The notes under the pieces were generated by a model. The model had not been told where the DNA came from. It saw nothing but the letters and a program-made list of their open reading frames with translations, and did no database searches. This document shows, piece by piece, positions 9,199 to 21,000 of a stretch of 35,168 nucleotides of DNA. How positions within the stretch are numbered: position 1 is the first letter of the stretch; each line of letters begins with the position of its first letter. Both the position numbers and the translations under genes were made by a program. Origin of the DNA: Saprolegnia diclina VS20 (Eukaryota); assembly GCF_000281045.1 (NCBI RefSeq), contig NW_008246121.1, forward strand, positions 305,212-340,379. The letters are read 5' to 3'.

Positions 9199-11925
9199 AT
9201 GCTGCGTGTGCTTGCCGTCGCCTCGCTCCTCTGGGCTAGCGTCGGTGCTAGCACCACGACGTGCCCGTACTCGCACCTGAACGCGACGTCGGTCCTCGTG
9301 AGCAACGAGCTCTGCAAGACATTTACGGCGCCATGCCTCGTGTCATCGACCTCGTGTGTCGTCAAGGGCAGCGCGACGCTGACGCCGCGACCCGCCAACT
9401 CGTTCAAGGACGGCCCGGGCTGGTACATTGTGGATGCTGTCGGAGACATGTCGACGTACTCGGCCCACTACCTGTAAGTTGTCTTCTTGACCATCGTAGC
9501 CATCAACTGGACTTCTGGTGTTTGCATTTGTACTCAAATCTCTTAACCAGGTCGCTGAATACGCAGACAAGTCCCGCCGCGCTCGACCTGTCGACCATGG
9601 TCCTCCCCGAGAGTCTCGAGACGTTGTAGGTACGTGGTTGCTGCCAAGAATCGCACGTTTTGAGATCTGATTGTTGTCCAGAGATCTGATTGCTATCATG
9701 TAGGTTTCGTCGTGTCGAGCCCATTGCGCTCATCTCGAATTTAGTGCAGTAGAAGGTGCGGTGACGCTGCCCCGTCATGCGTGGCCCTCCACGCTTACGT
9801 CGCTGTACGTCCACGACGAGGTGTTGTGGAACAAGTGAAATAACCGTGGTGGTAGACAAATTGGTGGCACCGAGAAGTACGACCTACCAATGCCCTCGGA
9901 CCTGCCGTCGTCCGTGACGAGCTTGTCGGAACCGATGACGTCGTTCCAGCTTTTTCACTTTTTGTTAGGAAATGGGACGGGATGAAGCTCACAAAAGTTC
10001 CGACTATTGCGCCGCAGTGGTTGTCCTTGTACGTAGTACTATGATGAGTGACGATGAGATATTGTCTCATACTCCAAGAGTGTAGGAGTCTCGCGCGGAA
10101 TCCCATCACGGAGATTGTCAACCTCGATATTTCTTCCCTTGTCTACTTGTACGTGGCCATTCTTGTCCTCGTTGCTGTAAGAACGATGTGTAGTTCCTTG
10201 TGGAGTGCGCCGCTCACCAAAATCGAAAACATCACCTTCTCGCCCAAGCTCAACTACCTGTCGATTTCGCAAAATATGAGACTCGGCACTCAATTTTGCT
10301 ACTGTGTAGAAGCTTCTCGGGACGCATTTCGACCTTTACACTCTCCAAAATAGCCTTCGACATTCTCAATGGACTTTCCAAAGTCTCGAACGGCGTCGGC
10401 TACGAACTGTACATGTGCAGCGTCAACATCGACACTGCCGCGTGCACTCAAAGCCACGGCGTCGTCTCGCGCCTCTGGGCCAAAGACCCCGACGCTAACT
10501 TTGCCGTCTGTGTCGTGCGAGGTACAATATTGAACACCTTCCAGCTGACAACGCCGATCTCGATAAAAACCATTAGACAATACTGCGTCCGCTGCCCCTT
10601 CCACTACTCCCATCCCATCATCGCCCTCATCGGCATCGACGCCCGTGCCGGCGACCTCCTCTACAAGTGGAGCTGCCTTTCAAGCTGAAGCATTAGCCTT
10701 ATACAACTGTAGATGTCGGTGTCATTGCTGGGGCTGCCGCGGCAGGGGTCGTCGTCGTCCTACTCATCGGCTGCTGTCTCTGGAAGCGACGCCAGTCAAC
10801 GCCGTCCACCGACGACGGCTACCACGCCCCCATACCGCTCCAAACGCTCTCGAAATCTGGCAACCATTCAACAGGCCAAGCGACCGACACCATGCTCGCA
10901 GGAGACAAGTCGCGCCCGCGCGTCGACGTGGATCTTGACAGCCTCTGCTTGCTGCGCCTTGTGCCGAGCGAGCTCCAAGTGCTGGGTAGCGACCCGCTGG
11001 CGGCCGGCGCCCACGGGGAAGTGTGGCGCGGGACATACGCCCAGCAGCCCGTTGCGGTCAAACGGTCCAAGGACAAGTCGGCCAAAGCGATTGCAAAGAT
11101 GTCGGCTGAGATCCTCCTCATGGCCAAGTAGACATTGTGTCGGCTTCATCGTAAAGCTCACGACGTGTACTAGGATGGACTGTCCGTACATTGTGTCGCT
11201 CATTGGTGCGAGTTGGCTGCGTCCAACCGACCTCGAGTGCGTCGTGGAGCTCATGGATCTGGGCGACCTTCGCTCGTTTCTGTCGTCGACGGCGCCACTG
11301 GCGTACAACTGGGCGCAAAAGCAAGAAAGCGTCTCGGACGTCGTCCAAGGTCTTGTGTATCTTCATACGTTTGATACGCCAATCATCCACCGCGATCTCA
11401 AGTCCCGCAACGTCCTTCTCGACTCAAAGAAGGTCTACTCTCTACCGATATACACCATTGTCTCACGGAGACATATATGGGGTTAGGGTACGAAGCTCAC
11501 GGACTTTGGCGAGTCCCGTGAGATGGACGAAGAGACCCTTACGAACGGCATTGGCACGTACCAGTGGATGGCGCCCGAGATCTTTACGGGCCACGACTAC
11601 TCGACAGCGGCGGATGTCTACTCGTTTGGTACATCTTCCTGTCTTAGGGCTAGGTTCTTATAGAAGGGTAGGGGTCTTGCTCTCGGAGTACTCGACGCAC
11701 CGTGTGCCGTACGCCGACATGATCAACCCGCGCACCAACAAGCCGATGAACCAGCAGTTCATCATGCACCAAGTGACGTCGGGTGCGATTACGCCAACGT
11801 TTGACACGACGACAACGCCGACGTGGGTCCTGGAGCTGTCCAAGCAGTGCCTTGCGTTCGACCCGGAAGACCGCCCGAGCATGCTCTCTGTCTTTCAAGT
11901 TGTGCGAACTACTTTGGCAATTTAG
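9199..11925 (+). CDS. LRR-like receptor kinase 1 (signal peptide, Cys-rich cap, LRR-like mini-exons, S/T/P stalk, TM, TKL kinase)
   Basis: Signal MLRVLAVASLLWASVGA (alternative ATG 9178). Phase-2 mini-exons at 9551-9625, 9745-9804, 9856-9924, 9969-10028, 10086-10148 and 10194-10259. TM VGVIAGAAAAGVVVVLLIGCCLW-KRR. Kinase motifs GAHGEV, VAVK, HRDLKSRN, DFG, MAPE, DVYSFG. Stop at 11925. Confidence 0.88.
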
Positions 11926-12081
11926 TCAATGTTCAGTACACTATCCATGAACGATTTTGTATTTTGCACAAAGGATATCCCGTGGGGTATTTTTGTCTTT
12001 ACGAATCACGTTTACCCTATGACGCACAAGGGATAGCCAACATGTTCAATGTATACATACACGCCTGTTGGATTCTCTACG

Positions 12082-13459
12082 CTACGCCGCCGTGGCCTTG
12101 AGCACGACGTTGACGATCTGCAGCATGCTCGGACGGTCTTCGGGGTCGTAGACCAAGCACTGCTTGGCCAACTCCAGGACCCACATCGGCGTTGTCGACG
12201 TCTCGAACGTAGGGGTAATTGTGCCTGAGAGTACCTGCGCCATGATAAACTGCTGGTTCATCGGCTTGTTGGTGCGCGGGTTGATCATGTCGGCGTACGG
12301 CACACGGTGCGTCGAGTACTCGGAGAGCAAGACTCCTACCCCTTCTATAAAAACCTAGCCCTAAGAATGGAAGATATACCAAACGAGTAGACGTCGGCCG
12401 CCGTCGAGTAGTCGTGGCCCGTAAAGATCTCGGGCGCCATCCACTGGTACGTGCCAATGCCGTTCGTAAGCGTCTCTTCGTCCATCTCACGCGACTCGCC
12501 AAAGTCCGTGAGCTTGGTCCCCTAACCCCATCTTTCTCCGTGAGACATTGGCGTATATCGGTGGAGAGTAGACCTTCTTGGAGTCGAGAAGGACGTTGCG
12601 GGACTTGAGATCGCGGTGGATGATCGGCGTCTCAAACGTATGCAGGTACACAAGCCCTTGGACGACTTGCGCGATGCTCTCCTGCTTTTGGTGCCATGAG
12701 AAGGCTGCCGACGAGGTGGACGACAAGAACGACCGCAGATCACCGCGGTCCATGTACTCGACGACGCACTCGAGGTCGGTCGGGCGCGTCCAGCTCGCAC
12801 CATTCAGCGACACGATATACGGGCTATCCATTCTATCCAAAAACACACACAACATTAGCGATCCATGGCTCTGGATCGAGTCATACCGGGACATGAGGAG
12901 GATTTCTTCCGAGATCTTGGCGATCGCTTTCATCGACTTGTCTGTGGTGCGCTTGATGGCAACCGCCTGGCTCGCATACGTCCCGAGCCAGACTTCGCCG
13001 TGCGCGCCGGCCGCGATCGGGGCGTTGCTGAGCACTTTGAGGTCTTCGTGTTGGAGGCGCAGGAGACGAAGACGCTCCATGTCGACGATATCATTGCGCC
13101 GGCGGGAAGCGTCCCGCGGAAGGTGGGCACCCGAGCTAGCATTCGCCACGGCTCGATTGGCTTGGGCGCGGCGACGGGTGTCGGGGCAGCGACGTAGTCG
13201 CTATGGCTCGTCGGTGCGGCCTTGCGTCGCTCGAAGCTGCCGAAGGCACAGACTCGACAAAGCATGAGCACAACGCAGAGAACCGCAAGGCCAATCAAGA
13301 CCCACACGAGGATCGCTACGAAAAAGCGCGTTAAACTACATGGTACCACGCCAGTTTGGATGTACGGATCGACAAGGGCGCGTCCGACGCCGATGCACTG
13401 GCGTCGTCCCGGAGCCGGCGGGCAGGGTGCAACATCGAAGGGGCTTGGAAGCGATCCAT
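12082..13459 (-). pseudogene. Transmembrane TKL kinase 2 with only about 30 aa before the TM; apparent 2-nt frameshift at about 13087-13092
   Basis: Spliced N-terminus MDRFQAPSMLHPARRLRDDASASASDAPLSIP|ILVWVLIGLAVLCVVLML. Kinase motifs are intact (VAIK, HRDLKSRN, DFG, APE). The TM frame and kinase frame join only if 2 nt are removed from ATGATATCGTCGAC. Could be a real lesion or an assembly error. Confidence 0.7.
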
Positions 13460-13471
13460 GGGTTGTGCTCT

Positions 13472-13487
13472 CAAATGCAAAATGAGC
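13472..13487 (-). promoter_or_regulatory. Oomycete Inr-FPR core promoter of kinase 2
   Basis: GCTCATTTTGCATTTG matches the consensus GCTCATTYYNCAWTTT at 15/16 positions and lies 12 nt upstream of ATG 13459. Confidence 0.8.
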
Positions 13488-14978
13488 TGCCTGCCAACGC
13501 TCCAACACACGAGCCTCTCCACCGCAGGACCGACCACCTGGTGACGCATCACTGTTGAATTTGGACGTCAGGCAACTGCACAGGATACATTGCCGCGTCT
13601 GTCGATTGGATTTGACGGGCGCATGCTTCGATATCGTCGTCCAGCTTGCTCTCGCGAGGGCTGGCTGCAGCTCCATGCATGACATCACTACGGGTACACT
13701 TCCGTCCATTATTGAGGTGCGAAGCAGTGAGCCAGTAGCTGCACTATTGTTTAACCGCGAATGATTGAACTATTACAATCTAGTCCAAATCATTTCCCCT
13801 ATTCACAACATGTGGCATTACTGCCTTGCACGCGACTGTTGGATGCGTGCATGGATACCTTTGGCTCGGTTTCAATGGCCACTACGATAGGTTGCCCTAA
13901 TTCTATACCGGCTCTGTCAAACCCTCGATGCGACTACCATGCTGCGTGTATCAGTTGAGGATTCCAATGTACTGTATTTGGATTTGGATAGGAATGTAGT
14001 ATCTATTCCGTAGCGTGGTGCTGGACGGCAGCTCGCAACTCGAAAAATATGCACCTGTCGGCCTGCCTCGATGAGCAGGCTATTTGAGCTGCGACTTGAA
14101 AACAAAAGGTCGGATACGAAATGCCGCCTCCACCAGACAAACCAGCTTCTCGAGAATCGTCGCGAACGCGCATCTTCCACGACCGCAAGCACATGTCGTG
14201 GGTCTCTTCTTGCTAAAGCGCACGAGCAACTCTCTTCCAACCGAACGACGATCAGTGTTATGAGAGAAATACGAGAGCTCGAGAGCAAAGCGATGCAGCA
14301 CTTTGCGCTGCGCCAAGCTCCGACCAATTACCATGTCCAGCACGATCTTCGAATTTGACAAACACGTTAAGAATTTGACAAACCCGTTAATATAGCGCAA
14401 GACCCGAGGTCGCAGTATCTCGCTCACGTGCACAACCTTGTGTGGCTGCAAGGACGAAGACACACCCATCTATGAACGAGGTGTTGTACAACTAGTAAGC
14501 TTCCTTTCTGGAGGACTCGAGAGTTTGACAGTTTGGTCAGAAAAGGACCTCCGCCACCTGCTCCGCGACCCACCACTGTTTGTCCGGATAACGGTCCGGA
14601 TAACAGAGCGCTCGTGAAGCTCTCGGTACTCTCTCTCAGCTCTCAGCAACTCTCACTCTCTTCTCAGCTCTCAAATGCGACGAGCTGCCTTCTCCAACCA
14701 CTGGCACACGTATGTTTTCTGCAGAGCCCACAATAGTGTCTTCCTCGTTAGCTGCGTGTGGGACTATAGAGAGTTCGAGAGCGCTTAGCAACAAGAAGAC
14801 AATACACAGCTTTCACCAAGTCCAATCGGGTTTCAACATGACAACCATCGGCGAGGACTCGTGCAGAGTATGGCAAATCGCTGCGAGCCCGTGCAGAGGT
14901 CAGAGGAATCGAGTGATAGGTCTGCACTCATCCGCCCACGTCCGTTCAAAAAACGTGTACCGCCGAATTGGAAGTACG

Positions 14979-17566
14979 ATGCGAGCCGTGCTAATACTCG
15001 CGTCCTTCTTGGCGGCGAATGCGCTGCCGTGTCCGTACACCGGCATGGACGTCACGTCGATCCTCGCGAGCACGAGCGATCTCTGCGGCAACGTCGCGCA
15101 GCCGTGCCTGCTGTCGCCCAAGTGCCGCGTGCTCTCGAGCGCCACAACGACGACGACAGGCGACGGCACGATCGTGTTCAGAGTCGACGCGGTCGGGGAC
15201 ATGACGTCGTATACGTCGCCGTATCTGTAGCCAGCTAGCTGTGTGCGACCACCTTATTAACACGTTGGGACGCGTAGGGCAGTGGCCAAAGCAACCGGCC
15301 CGTTCGTCGACCTGTCCCTGATGACGCTGCCCCGTACCTTGACCGACTTGTAATATTTGGATTTTTGGGCTCATTTCAACTCAATTTTGTGTCTAGGTAG
15401 GTTTAAATTTGCATGAAACCAGATGCCAGTATTTTTCCTAGTCAAGCGATCGACTTTAACCGACTCCCACGCAATTTTACGTGGCCGCCGACACTGACGA
15501 CGCTGTGTGTGCATGGTTTTATTTCATAAAAACTGATGGAATTGTCTGGTATAGCGCCGTGTTTCGGGGCCCACCGACCGATGTGCCGTCGAATTTGCCG
15601 GAATCGATCACGCAATTGTAGGTTTTTCACAAAAGAAATGTCATATCGAGTGAACCATCGCTACGTATAGACGCTGGGACGCGATGGGGCTCACGAACAT
15701 GCCCTCCATTGCACCACAATGGACATATTTGTACCATAACGTTATGAACCGGCTGGTGCGAACGACGCCTCATAGGACCGTGTCGTCCAACCCGATCGCG
15801 AAGCTCGTTAATGTCGATCTATCCAACATTACTGAAGTGTATCGGTATCCATCACGACTGGCGTCAACGCTCTCTAGGTCGTTCATCGGCAACCCGACAA
15901 CAACGATCGCGAACCTAACCCTGTCCTCCAAGCTCAAATACTTGTGCGTCTACCCCTAGTTTGATGTCTTATGATCAAATAGCGCCATCTCGGGCAACGT
16001 CACGACCTTGATCGTGTCGGAATCGTCCTATCGGTCGCTCAACCGCCTCGCCGCAAAACCATCAGCTTCCACGATATACTCGGGGTACGAAGTCCACAAT
16101 TTCATCACCGTCCTCGACGCGGCCACCTGCACGCGCGCCGGCGGTGTTCTTCAACCGCTCTGGTCCAAAGGCAGTGCGCCGGCAACGTACACGGCGTGCG
16201 TCGTGCCAGGTACAACGACCACATACGTCCAACTAGAGTCTCGCCCTTTCTAGATCCCGAGCCTCGAACAACGCTGCCACCAGCGACGACGTCGCCGACA
16301 ACCAACGACGCTTCTTCTCGTATGTGATGCTTGCATCTGACGTTGGCTAACCCTCGTCGGATGACGGGCTAGATGTTGGCGTCATTGTCGGTATCTCGGT
16401 GGCAACGGTCGTCGTTGTCGTTGTCCTTGGTTTCTGCCTCCGGAAGCGTCGTCGCGGCGCAATGACGTCAGAAGACACGGGTGCGGCGCTCGGAATGATG
16501 AGGCTGCACAAGACCAACGGCACCGTCGATCAGACGTTCAGCGGGGCGGCGCCAGCATCAAATGTGCGCGTCGACCTCGATGCGCTACGCATGGTGCGCC
16601 TCGAGCACAGCGAGCTCCGCGTCACCAGTGACGCGCCACTGGCGGCCGGTGCGCACGGCGAGGTCTGGCGCGCCACGTATCTGCGCCAACCGGTTGCGAT
16701 CAAGCGCACGAAGGACCCGTCGGAGAAAGCGATCGCCAAAATGGCCGCCGAGATCCTCCTCATGTCGAGGTAGTATATATGGCGGTGCTCATCTGAAATG
16801 AGATTGCCCTTGTAGAATGAACTGCCCGTACATTGTGTCACTGATTGGGGCCAACTGGACGCGACCGAACGACCTCGAGTGCGTCGTCGAGTACATGGAC
16901 CGTGGCGATCTCCGCTCATTTCTCGCGTCAACGTCCCCGACAGCCTTTACTTGGGCGCAGAAGAGCTTGAGCATCTCGCAGGTCGTTCGAGGTCTTGTGT
17001 ACCTGCATACGTTTGAGACGCCGATCATCCACCGCGATCTCAAGTCCCGCAACGTCCTTCTCGATTCCAAGAAGGTCCACTCTCCATCGATCTACGCCAA
17101 TGTCTCACGGAGAAAGATGGGGTTAGGGGACCAAGCTCACGGACTTTGGCGAGTCGCGTGAGATGGACGAAGAGACCCTTACGAACGGCATTGGCACGTA
17201 CCAGTGGATGGCGCCCGAGATCTTTACGGGCCACGACTACTCGACGGCGGCCGACGTCTACTCGTTTGGTATATCTTCCATTCTTAGGGCTAGGTTTTTA
17301 TAGAAGGGGTAGGAGTCTTGCTCTCCGAGTACTCGACGCACCGTGTGCCGTACGCCGACATGATCAACCCGCGCACCAACAAGCCGATGAACCAGCAGTT
17401 TATCATGCACCAAGTGACGTCGGGTGCGATTTCCCCAACGTTCGAGACGTCGACAACGCCGACGTGGGTCCTGGAGCTGGCCAAGCAGTGCCTTGCGTTC
17501 GACCCGGAGGACCGTCCAAGCACCCTCCAAATCGTCAACATCGTGCTCAAAGCCACATCGGCGTAG
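14979..17566 (+). CDS. LRR-like receptor kinase 3
   Basis: Signal MRAVLILASFLAANA, CPY..C..PCLLS..C cap and DAVGDM. Same phase-2 mini-exon series as kinase 1. TM VGVIVGISVATVVVVVVLGFCL-RKRRR. Full kinase ending LKATSA*. Confidence 0.88.
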
Positions 17567-18070
17567 TCCTACAAGATAGTATGTGCGCTAACGACTTGCA
17601 CGTACTACAGTCGTCGACGAAAAGAACCAACGAGATTATATTGTCTGTTGCTTGGTCGACGTAGAGATTACGAGGTGTGGAGTCGATGGATTTGGACGTT
17701 CAGAGCTCGTGGGGAAAACGGGCAATGGAAGTGGTCACTTTAGCCTGAGGAGGCGCCGCACGCCAAGCAGCAGGTCGAGCCCGACACGGAGACGGTGACA
17801 CGAGGGACGGTACTATCTCACACTTCAGGAGGTGGTAGAATGGGCGCGGGGCTTGGCGTTGCTGTTAAAAATCGTCATGTGTTGTTAGACTACTAGAAAT
17901 TGTGATTTTATGTTATACTCCTGTCGTCGTTGCTCATAAGTTTGACATTGACTCCGGTTCTTGCGCTTGGCGCCAAATGCGCTCGTTTGAACTCCGATAT
18001 CCGGCACATTCCGGATACACGCCGGTTTAAAAGTGGCATTTGGAGAACTTATTTTCGGCATCGGAAGAGG

Positions 18071-21000
18071 ATGGTGCGCCCAGCCTTGGCCGCCGGCCTC
18101 GCGGCCCTCGAGACGACCAAGTCGAGCGACGCGCTCCTCCAGGCCTTCTACGCCGACTGCAACGGCGAAGACGATACGATGGGCGAGTGGGTCGAGTGGC
18201 TCGAGACGCTCTCGACAGCGCAGCTTGTTGCGCTGTGCAGTAGCCTCCCGGCCGCGACGGCTGTGGACCTCTGGACGATCGCGTCGTTCACGTCGCTGCT
18301 GTACGAGCACCGCGAGGCGTGCAAGCTCGCGACGCGCGTGCTGGACCGGCTTGCGATCGTCATCGCCGACCTGCACGACCAGCTGCTCCAGACGTCCTGG
18401 TCTCGCCTCGATATGCAGCATTCCATCGAGGCTCATGTGACATGGTAGCGCCGACACGCAGGACGTGATTGCCAAGCTCTGCGAAGCGTACTGGGCGGCG
18501 ACGCCGTCGGGCGCCGAGCGCGTCATCACGCAGCTCCTGCCATATCTTTTGGTCCGTGCGCTCGAGAGCGAAGCGGCCCAGAGCGTTGGCTTCATCAAGC
18601 GCCTCAGCGCCGTTCAGGACGCATTGCAGCTCCTCGACTTTGATGACGACAGCTCTCGGTACGCGACGCTCTCTGCCTCTTGGTACTGAACAGGCTAATA
18701 GGCTCTTGAAGGACCTCTTGCTCCGCTGCTTTGTCACTACGTCGTTTCTCAAGTCGTCCGAAGGCGTTGCCTTCCTCAGCGACCTCTTCCAGATCGACGC
18801 GAGCTTTGTCCACGAGATCCACGAGACAATGCACAACCAGCTGCCCGACCAACGCAAGGCCGTAGTCCAGCGCTTTGGCCTGGTCTACTACCATGTACAT
18901 ACGCCTCTCAACCTCGATACCAACAAGTAACACTGCTCTGTCCTAGGCATGGCTCACGGCAGCCGCGCAGCCATCGTCGCCGGTCCTCGTGCATATCGAA
19001 GACGACTGCATCCAGGCTTTTCTCCAAGCCGCGACCTTTGCGGCGTCCACAAGTCATTTCAACGCGCTCCGAGCACTCCTCCAGGTACTACACCTCATGG
19101 CCATTCGTTTGATGGACAAGTTGTGTGTATTTATATAGCCTTTTTTCGAACACAAGCGCCACACGGACGAGATGCTCTACCGACTCTCCGAGCCCATCTT
19201 GTGGCGGGCACTCCACGCCGCCAACGATGTCGTGCGCCACCATGCAGCCGTCCTCTTGTTCGACGGGTTCCCGTACCAAGACCCGAATTTTCTCAAAGTC
19301 GAGCTCGACGCGTGTCTGCAGCGGCAGTTTGACGCATTTGCCATGCTGCTCGAAGACGCAGCGCCCAGCGTCCGCATCGTTGCGATTCACGGTATCTGCA
19401 AGGTCCTGCGCTCCTTCCAATATCAATGTATCAATATATATATTTCGGATGTAGGTGCTCTCTATGTACTGGGAACTCTTGCCGGTCGACACGATTCGCA
19501 AGTGCCTTCTCAAATGCTTTGAGCTTTCTCAAGATACGACGTCGGCCGCCGTCCGCGTCGCTGTCGTTGAGGGTCTCCTTGTCGTGCTCGAGAACCATCT
19601 GAGTCACCATGTTCTCAAGCCACTCTTACCACAGGTAGATTTTGCTTGCTCTTGCGATAGTTGAAGCTAGCGATCGCGAAATGTTGTGCAAAAACACACA
19701 CAAATCGCGGAAATGACGGAATATTTCATTTCCATTGGCTAGTTGGCGCCGTTGATGCACGACACGAACGAGAAGGTCCGCGCCGCCATGGCCCGGCTCC
19801 TGGTCCGCGTCAAGAGCATTCGCGGTCTCCATTTCTACGACGTTGTGTCTCTCGAGCACTGTTTCAAGCGCTTGGAGCTCGACAAGACCCGCCACAGTGT
19901 CGCCAAGCCGCTCACCGAGCTCTTCCTCAACTCGTACTTTCCTCAAGGCGTGCCCGGGTCGTCCCAAGTCGCCCGCGCGCTCTCGCTCATCGAGAAGCAC
20001 CCGCACGCGAGCCTCGTGTTCTACAAGAACGTACACCACTTTGCATCGATTGGGTCGGTGTGCAAGCTGGTCGTGCTCCTCTTCAAGTGCTTGGGCGAAG
20101 CGTCGATGGCCGAGCTTGCACCATTGCTCTGCGACGTCATGAAGACGCTGCTCGAGAGCGTCGCGGGTCCGCTCTACCACGATCCGCGGTACACAGAATG
20201 CGTCGCCTTTCTTACAGCCGAGATGAGATCGGCCGACATTGCGGCTGTGTTTGAGACTAACGACACCAAAGGTAGTTCTATCTCTCTATTTGGATCGAAG
20301 ATTGTACAATATTGTCTAGTGACAGCGCGCCTCTGGCATGTGATTGCGGTGCTCCCGACCACGCTGCAAAGTGACTTGCTCTACCAAGCGCTGACGCAGC
20401 TCGAAGGGCTCACAGAGACGTCGTCGCGCACGTATCTGGCAGGGATTCTCCACAGTCTGCAGCACTGGGGACAACTGCCGACGTTTCTCGATACGCTGGT
20501 CGAGTCGATGCAGTCGTACGTGAGTGACGTCAAAAGCGTGTCAGTAGGTGTATACGCTGTGTAGGCAAGCCGAGATCATGGACCCGGTCCTCGTGCTCGC
20601 GTGTCTGGATGTGATTTTCTGCAGCGATGCGACGCTTGGCGCGTGGGTGCTGGATGCGAGTCTTGTCCACATTGTTCAGCAGCTCACGGAGACGCTCGAG
20701 CGGCTCTGGGAGAGCTTCGAGTCGTCGGTGCTGCCGCGTCTCTGTCGCGTGCTTGTCGCTGTGCAGCTCCAGCTTGCTGTGCCCAACGCCAAGGACCTCG
20801 TTGCCGAGTACAAGAAGGTGGCGCCGCTCGGCGAAGACGCCGTCGTGTTCCCGTATCTGGACGTCGAGCCGCCGCGCGTTTTGCTCACGATTTTGGACCA
20901 GGCGCTGCCCCGTGGACATGGCAAGCGCAAGCGGCTTACGGGCGACGACCAGCTTGTGACGCAGCTACTGCCGCTGGTGCTGGACCTGAGCTGGGTGTGT

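Noticed and set aside
12930..13709. 259-aa ORF as a longer ectodomain for kinase 2
   Set aside because: It reads through a clear intron and the Inr-FPR, has no signal peptide, and the spliced model from ATG 13459 fits better.
14628..14672. CTCTCAG-rich low-complexity tract
   Set aside because: Degenerate simple repeat with no spacer structure; not CRISPR-like.
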